Positions 56,355-64,000 of a DNA stretch of 64,000 nt are shown here, one piece after another (position 1 is the first letter of the stretch; every line of letters begins with the position of its first letter). The notes under the pieces were generated by a model. It was not told where the DNA came from, did not search any database, and saw nothing but the letters and a program-made list of their open reading frames with translations. The DNA lies in contig OZ024742.1 of assembly GCA_964016885.1 (NCBI GenBank), forward strand, positions 200,136,001-200,200,000. Direction: 5' to 3'. A program made the position numbers and the translations under genes. Origin of the DNA: Eledone cirrhosa. Lineage: Eukaryota.

Positions 56355-57602
56355 ATATATGTATATATATATGCATATATATATATATATATATATGCAT
56401 ATATATATATATATACACATTCATATACAGTATATTTATATATGTGGTGTGTGTGTGTGTGTGTGTGTGTGTGTGGTGTGTATTCAGGCATATGCTTGTG
56501 TGTCTGTGTGAGTGTATGCTCTTGTTCACCCAATCAATGTGAGGCGACATGATGAAGTATTACTGTCAACCAATCATATTCCATTTGGTTCGATTATGAA
56601 GAAGGAAGGTGGGTGGGGATTGTCTTTTGTTTTCTTCTTCTTCTTCTTCTTCTTCTTCTTCTTCTTCTTCTTCTTCTCCTCATCCCCCCCCCCCCACATT
56701 CATGTTGTAACATGACTTTGTAATGCTTTCTTCATCCGAGACCCTTGTGGCAAATAATAGAAATCCCTATCCTTATTGTTGAATAAAGAAATCATTAGCA
56801 TTATTACGGCCCTTTATATTCTGAGTTCAAATCCCGCCGAGGTTAACTTTGCCTTTCATCCTTACGGGATCGATAAAATAAAGTACCAGTAATGTACTGG
56901 GATAGATTTAATCAACCCCCCCCCCCCTTTCAAATTGCTGGCCTTGTGCCTAAAGTAGAAACAATTATTACTATCATCATCATTATCATCATCCTCATCC
57001 TCCTCCTCCTCCTTATCATCATCATCATCATCACCGTCATCATCATCATCATCATCATCACCGTCATCTTTAATATTAAAATGATATAAAACTATGAGAG
57101 AAAAAGTTAATAATATCAATAATTGTTTCTACTTTAGGCACAAGGCCAGCAATTTGAAGGGGGGGGGGTCGATTAAATCTACCCCAGTACATTACTGGTA
57201 CTTTATTTTATCGACCCCCGTAAGGATAAAAGGTCAAGTTAACCTCGGCGGGATTTAAACTCAGAATGGCAAGAGCCGTAACTCTATGCTGCAAAGCATG
57301 GCGTCCGACCCTTTACCGATACTGCCAATCCAGATATAAAAATATTAGTTACTAATTTTGGTACTAGGTCAGCAAAATTTAGGGGGATGAGTACAGTTGA
57401 TTAAATGAACTCCAGTATTTGACTTGCACTTTGTTTTATTGACCCCAGAAAGATAAAAGGCAAAGTCGACCTCGACGGGATTTGAACTCAAAACGCAAAG
57501 AACCAAAACAAACAGTGTTAATCATTTTTTTTTATCAGACGTCCTAACGGTTCTGCCAAACCACCGTGGAAGAAATGATGCATATATGATAATTAATAAA
57601 TA

Positions 57603-57696
57603 ACTACTACTACTGCTGCTGCTGCTGCTACTACTACTACTGCTGCTGCTGCTGCTACTACTACTACTGCTGCTACTACTGCTGCTACTACTACTG

Positions 57697-57748
<52 letters not shown>

Positions 57749-57866
57749 AGTATCAACACCACCGCCACCACCAGCAGCAACAACAACAACTACTACTACT
57801 ACTACTACTACTACTACAGTATCAACACCACCGCCGCCGCCACCACCACCACCAGCAACAACAACA

Positions 57867-57901
<35 letters not shown>

Positions 57902-57971
57902 AGTATCAACACCACCGCCACCACCGCCACCGCCACCGCCGCCGCCACCACCAGCAACAACAACAACAACA

Positions 57972-58027
<56 letters not shown>

Positions 58028-58094
58028 AGTATCAACACCACCGCCACCGCCACCGCCGCCACCGCCGCCGCCACCACCAGCAACAACAACAACA

Positions 58095-58135
<41 letters not shown>

Positions 58136-58274
58136 AGTATCAACACCACCGCCACCGCCGCCGCCACCACCAGCAACAACAACAACAACAACAACTACTA
58201 CTACTACTACTACTACAGTATCAACACCACCGCCACCGCCGCCGCCACCACCACCACCAGCAACAACAACAAGA

Positions 58275-58309
<35 letters not shown>

Positions 58310-58400
58310 AGTATCAACACCACCGCCGCCACCGCCGCCGCCACCACCAGCAACAACAACAACAACAACAACAACTACTACTACTACTACTACTACTACG
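57603..58400. repeat. Compound trinucleotide minisatellite with about ten higher-order units
   Basis: Unit (TAC)n-AGTATCAACAC-(CAC/CGC)n-CAG-(CAA)n. Confidence 0.92.
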
Positions 58401-58530
58401 AATACTAATAATGATCGTTGCCTCTTCAGTGAAATATCGAGATGTGGTTGGGCAGTGATTATTGGTTACTTGCTCTGGTCTGTAGTAGTAGTAATAGTAG
58501 TGGTAGAAGTAGCAGCAGCAGCAGCAGCAT

Positions 58531-58585
<55 letters not shown>

Positions 58586-59069
58586 CGTTGATGTTGTTAT
58601 TGCTGTGGTGGTGGTGGTGGTGGTGGTAGTGATACTTGTTTTTTTTTCCACATAAACATACACAAGCACACACACAGACACACAGACACACACAGACACA
58701 CAGACACACACACACACACAGACTCACAGACACACACAGACACACACAGACACACAGACACACACACAGACTCACAGACACACAGGTACATATACACTCA
58801 GACGCACGTACACATACAGACAGAAACACACACTTGATGCACATACTACACACACATACTTGCTGTAGTCTGTTGTTTCTGTTGTGATTGTTGTGTTTTT
58901 TCGCATATAAATATTATAGACACACACGCATATATACGCTCATACACAGACACGGTTGCGCACACACATACACAAAATGCTGATTTTTTTTCACACAAAC
59001 ATTCACGGATATACATGCATGCAGGGACATAATTGAACACATATATACACACAAAATACACAGACAGGC

Positions 59070-59570
59070 AGACACACATATATATGTACACATACAAACA
59101 CAAACACACTTATATATGTACACATACAAACACAAACACACATATATATGTACACATACAAACACAAACACACTTATATATGTACACATACAAACACAAA
59201 CACACATATATTTATATAAACATACAAACACAAACACACATATATATGTACACATACAAACACAAACACACATATATATGTACACATGCAAACTCAGACA
59301 TACATATATATATACACATACAAACACAAACACATATATATATATATACACATACAAACACAAACACACATATATATGTACACATACAAACACAAACACA
59401 CATATATATGTACACATGCAAACTCAGACATACATATATATATACACATACAAACACAAACACACATATATATGTACACATACAAACTCAGACACACATA
59501 TATATGTACACATGCAAACTCAGACACACATATATATGTACACATACAAACTCAGACACACATATATAAT
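59070..59570. repeat. Minisatellite with a unit of about 32 bp
   Basis: Unit CAAACACAAACACACATATATATGTACACATA, with a CAAACTCAGAC variant. Confidence 0.88.
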
Positions 59571-60410
59571 CGCGCGCAGGTACACATACAAACACATACA
59601 CATATACACAATCGCGTGCAGGTACACATACAAAAACATACTCTTGCACATACAGACACACAAACATTCAGACATTCAGAGGCAGAAAGACACAGTTACA
59701 CATACATATTCACACACACATGCACATACACACACATATAAAGACATACACAGGTACAAATACAAACTAAAACACACACAGATATAAACACACACACTTA
59801 CAGAAATACAGATACACATATATACAAACATACAGAATACAGACACATAAAAACACACAAAAATACGCACACACATACTGACATACAGTCAGACACATAC
59901 ACAGGTACACAAGAACACATACCAACACAAACATACACACGCATACAGATATAAAAAGGCATGGACATATATATATGCACAAATACATACTAACACACAC
60001 GCACACATACATACAAACTCATGCACACATGCGCACTCACACACACACACGCGCGCATAGAAACATACAAAGGTATGGACATAGATACATGCACACATAC
60101 ATACAAACTCACGCACACATGGACACTCACATACAAAGCATGGGCATAGATACATGCACACATACATACTAACACACACACACACATAAACTCACGCACA
60201 CGCGTACACTCACACGCACACATGCATAGACATACAAAGGCATGGGCTTACATACGTGCACACATACATACACACACGCGCACACACAGAAACACTCACA
60301 CACGCACACATACACACGTACATACACACACACACACGTACATACACACACACACACATACACACACGCACACGCAAACAAATATACACAAACACATACA
60401 TCTCCTCCTT

Positions 60411-60490
60411 CGCAAAAATGGCGGCCCACTGTCAACGATTGGGAGGAGTAAAGACAGCTTATAAAGCAACTCTTGTCTGCTATAAAAGAA
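60411..60490 (+). promoter_or_regulatory. Candidate Pol II promoter
   Basis: YY1-like AAAATGGCGG (about 60415-60424), inverted CCAAT (ATTGG, 60438) and TATAAAAG (60481), in unique sequence 280 bp upstream of the ATG. Confidence 0.5.
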
Positions 60491-60760
60491 CGATTTTCCT
60501 CGCAAAACTACAAGACGAAACAACACCAGTGACAACAACAGAACTCATAAGAAGGAAAGACAAGCAAAACCCGGGCCATTAACAGAGGCATATTACGGGT
60601 TTTTTTGTATACTTGGGTTTAATTTTATTTTAAAAAACCCCAAGAAATCAAGAAAAAAAAATTCCATTGAAACTCTATATATTGGCAGTTGAAACTTGGC
60701 TGTCTGCTATTGCGTGATATTTTTTAAAGAGAGAGACACAGAGAAAACTTAGGTGTCATA

Positions 60761-60892
60761 ATGGAACACAGTTTATATAAGAATGTCGTGGTTTTAGTGG
60801 TTTTGTTAAGTGTAGCAGCTGTGATGTTTGAGCCCGTTCAGACGTTGCCAGTAAACGACCGAAGGTCTGAAGATCTACTTCGATGGAGGAAT
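60761..60892 (+). CDS. First coding exon of a secreted protein, possibly a peptide hormone or neuropeptide precursor
   Basis: Kozak-like ATAATGG and MEHSLYKNVVVLVVLLSVAAVMFEPVQT-LPVNDRRSEDLLRWRN (hydrophobic signal peptide, probable VQT|LP cleavage, dibasic RR). A consensus donor GTAAGT at 60893 is in phase 0. Confidence 0.72.
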
Positions 60893-60993
60893 GTAAGTGT
60901 TACCACCCGCTATTTTAAACTATTTCTGTCTCTTGTCATCTGTTTATATCGTACATGTATGTATATATACATGCATGTCAGTATGTATGTACG

Positions 60994-61034
<41 letters not shown>

Positions 61035-61157
61035 GCATGCGTACATACAGATACTGCGGTATTACTTCAAGGGTTTCAGTAGATCATATCAACCCCAGTA
61101 TTTACTATTTCAAATGTAATATATATTTTAGCGGTTTATTTATTGACAACCTCCTAA

Positions 61158-61240
<83 letters not shown>

Positions 61241-61373
61241 ACTGCAATGGATTTGTTCTAATACATTCCAGTAACAATGACTTCATTGTGTTCCCTGAAT
61301 ATTTATTGTCACTATTGGATTGTGAAATGTTATTATTTATAGACACACTGTCGTAGACACACACACACACATG

Positions 61374-61413
<40 letters not shown>

Positions 61414-62282
61414 AAGAGCAAAGAATCAAAGAAGGACAAATAAAACAAATTAATGTTTTACCCAATATATTTCAACATGATATTTCACGGCTTTTACCTT
61501 CTTTTCAAATGTTAAACGAATATGGTTAAAATCAAAACCAAATGATCGAAGTGTTATGCCCCAACTCGTCTACTTATCTGAAATACGCATAACGACTTTC
61601 TTTAGCCGTTGCTCGCACCAACCGGAGGTATATGGTCTTTAAAGCGATGAAATACCGATGATGGTTGGAAGATCACTGATGAAGGACTAACTTTATTCAT
61701 ATATATATATATATATATATATATTAGTACAACACTGGAGCGTTATATCCGTAGTAATAGAGCACTCAATCCATGGGACGAGTTTGGTAGAAGTAGTTCC
61801 ACAACAGTTAATTCACCATAACGAGAAGAAATGTTTCACCTTATGTGGATCCTCAGCTCGGTCTGAACTAACTGTTGTGGAACTACTTCTATATTTATGT
61901 AACATCACCATCGTTCTTAATGTTATTGTTATATATATATAATAGTGAGTATAGCCGAAGATGCATCTGCAAGTAACAGATTCGCATCCGATTTTTGAAG
62001 GCCGTCACAAAGCACTCGATGAGAAAGTAGTTAATAAATTACTCTTCAGAGTGAACACAATCAGTTAGGTAATAGTGACACAATGAAAAATGCGATCAGA
62101 GGCATGTTGCCACCTTAATACTGCAACAACGATATATGTACATATATCTATATCTACATATAAGTATGTTTTTATGTATGAATGTATGTGTGTATGTATG
62201 TATGTATGTATGTATGAATGTGTGTGTGTATGTATGTATGTGTGTATGTGTGTATGTATGTATGTGTGTATGTATGTATGTA

Positions 62283-63386
62283 TTCTAGGAGGAGGAAAAC
62301 TCTGATATAACACCTGCAACTCTGATGGTATCCAATGATGTTGACTTGTTCTTCTTTTTGGTAAATATCATCTTGGTTAAGAGAGTGGGACTGGCTTTGT
62401 GCAGTGCCTTTGCTCACTATAAAAGCTTCACGGCACAGGCATTGCTTTATATCTGGAGATCTCTCTGCACTTGTCGTCATATGGTACCATGGGCCCAGCA
62501 CTATGTGTCAATAATTGTCACAAGTGTAGTGTTTGTACCAGAGTTTTCAAGTCGCTGGCTGGACTAAAAAGCCACACTTGTTTAGCGCATCGGTAGGGGT
62601 TCTCCTAGATGGATATAAAGTAGTGGCCGTACTCGAAAACGAGTTGGCAGCCACCATGTATATATGTATGTATCTATGTATGTATGAATGTATATATGTA
62701 TGATGTATGTATGTATGTATGTATGTATGTATGTATGTATGTATGTATGTATGTATGTATGTATGTATGTACGTGTGTCAGGTCACCAGCTGGTGCTACT
62801 GGTAACATGTATCTCAGTACAACCTGTCTCATGGTCGGGTCGTTGGCGACTAAACTGGCAACCCCACCAAGGTTTCTTGGTGAGGAGGGTGACTTTGGAC
62901 ATCCTGCAGGACTAAAAACAAAACCTGTCAAAGGGTAAAGGAGCTCTTAAGAGTCAATGGCCATCCAAAATCACCGGGAGAGATGACCCCTTAGCCTTTG
63001 TCAAGGCAGAATTATAGGAGAAGGAAAACTCTGATATAACACCTGCAACCCTGATGGTATCCAATGATGTGGACTTGTTCTTCTTTTTGGTAAATATCAT
63101 CTTGGTTAAGAGAGTGGGACTGGCTTTGTGCAGTGCCTTTGCTCACTATAAATGCTTCACGGCACAGGCATTGCTTTATATCTGGAGATCTCTCTGCACT
63201 TGTCGTCACATGGTACCATGGGCCTAGCACTATGTGTCAATAATTGTCACAAGTGTAGTGTTTGTACCAGAGTTTTCAAGTCGCTGGCTGGACTAAAAAG
63301 TCACACTCGTTTAGCGCATCAATAGGGGTTCTCCTACATGGATATAAAGTAGTGGTCGTACTCGAAAACGAGTTGACAGCCACCAT
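62283..63386 (+). mobile_element. Two tandem copies (62283-62657 partial, 62805-63386) of the (CATA)n-associated repeat seen at 15318-15892
   Basis: Direct sequence identity, visible as mirrored ORFs, and each copy ends in (TATG)n. Confidence 0.85.
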
Positions 63387-64000
63387 GTATGTATGTATGT
63401 ATGTATGTATGTATGTATGTATGTATGTATGTATGTATGTATGTATGTATGTATGCATGTGTGTGTATGAATGTATGTATGTATGTATGTATGTATGTAT
63501 GTATGTATGTATGTATGTATTCTTCTGGTTTTATAATTTCACAAAGTTTTACCAATAGAGAGAGAGTCGGTTTCTAACATAGACACAAGACTCTCTCATT
63601 GGAATTTACACAACATCAACTAGGTAGATATGTATGTATGTATGTGTAGATATGGATGTTGTTGTATGTGTGGATGTGTATGTTTTGAGTTGTATGTGTG
63701 CATGTGTATATGCTCTGTATCTGTATATGCAGTTATTAGATGCAACATTTTTGGAATGTTTTACATATTTTTGCTGTTCCATTATGTATGTATGTATGTA
63801 TGTATGCATGTGTGTGTATGTATGTATGTATGTATGTGTGTATGTATGTATGTATGTATGTATGTATGTATGTATGTATGTATGTATGTATGTATGTATG
63901 TATGTATGTATGCATGTGTGTGTATGTATGTATGAATGTATGTGTGTATGTGTGTATGTATGTATGTATGTATGTATGTATGTATGTATGTATGTATGTA

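Overview
AT-rich, microsatellite-dense animal DNA. An octopus/cephalopod origin is likely, but that is an inference from the SINE families and repeat landscape. Almost everything is transposon-derived: Penelope-like retroelements (PLEs; three Nematis-type remnants and one Neptune-type RT/GIY-YIG ORF), a 6.5-kb Helitron fused head-to-tail to its own deletion derivative, L1/Tx1 and RTE LINEs, mariner, hAT and Chapaev DNA transposons, MITEs and tRNA-derived SINEs. The only likely host gene is a first coding exon with a signal peptide, preceded by a TATA promoter, at about 60.4-60.9 kb. The most notable hidden feature is a set of about 20 type I hammerhead ribozyme (HHR) motifs from several families. 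Most sit in PLE pseudo-LTR-derived fold-back palindromes inserted into (TA)n tracts. They share co-varying 8-nt palindromic stem III sequences (the signature of dimeric HHRs), and include non-consensus cores (U4C, U3-A8) and large branched stem II insertions. Folds were read by eye, and cleavage activity is untested. Most short ORFs in the track are microsatellite artefacts.
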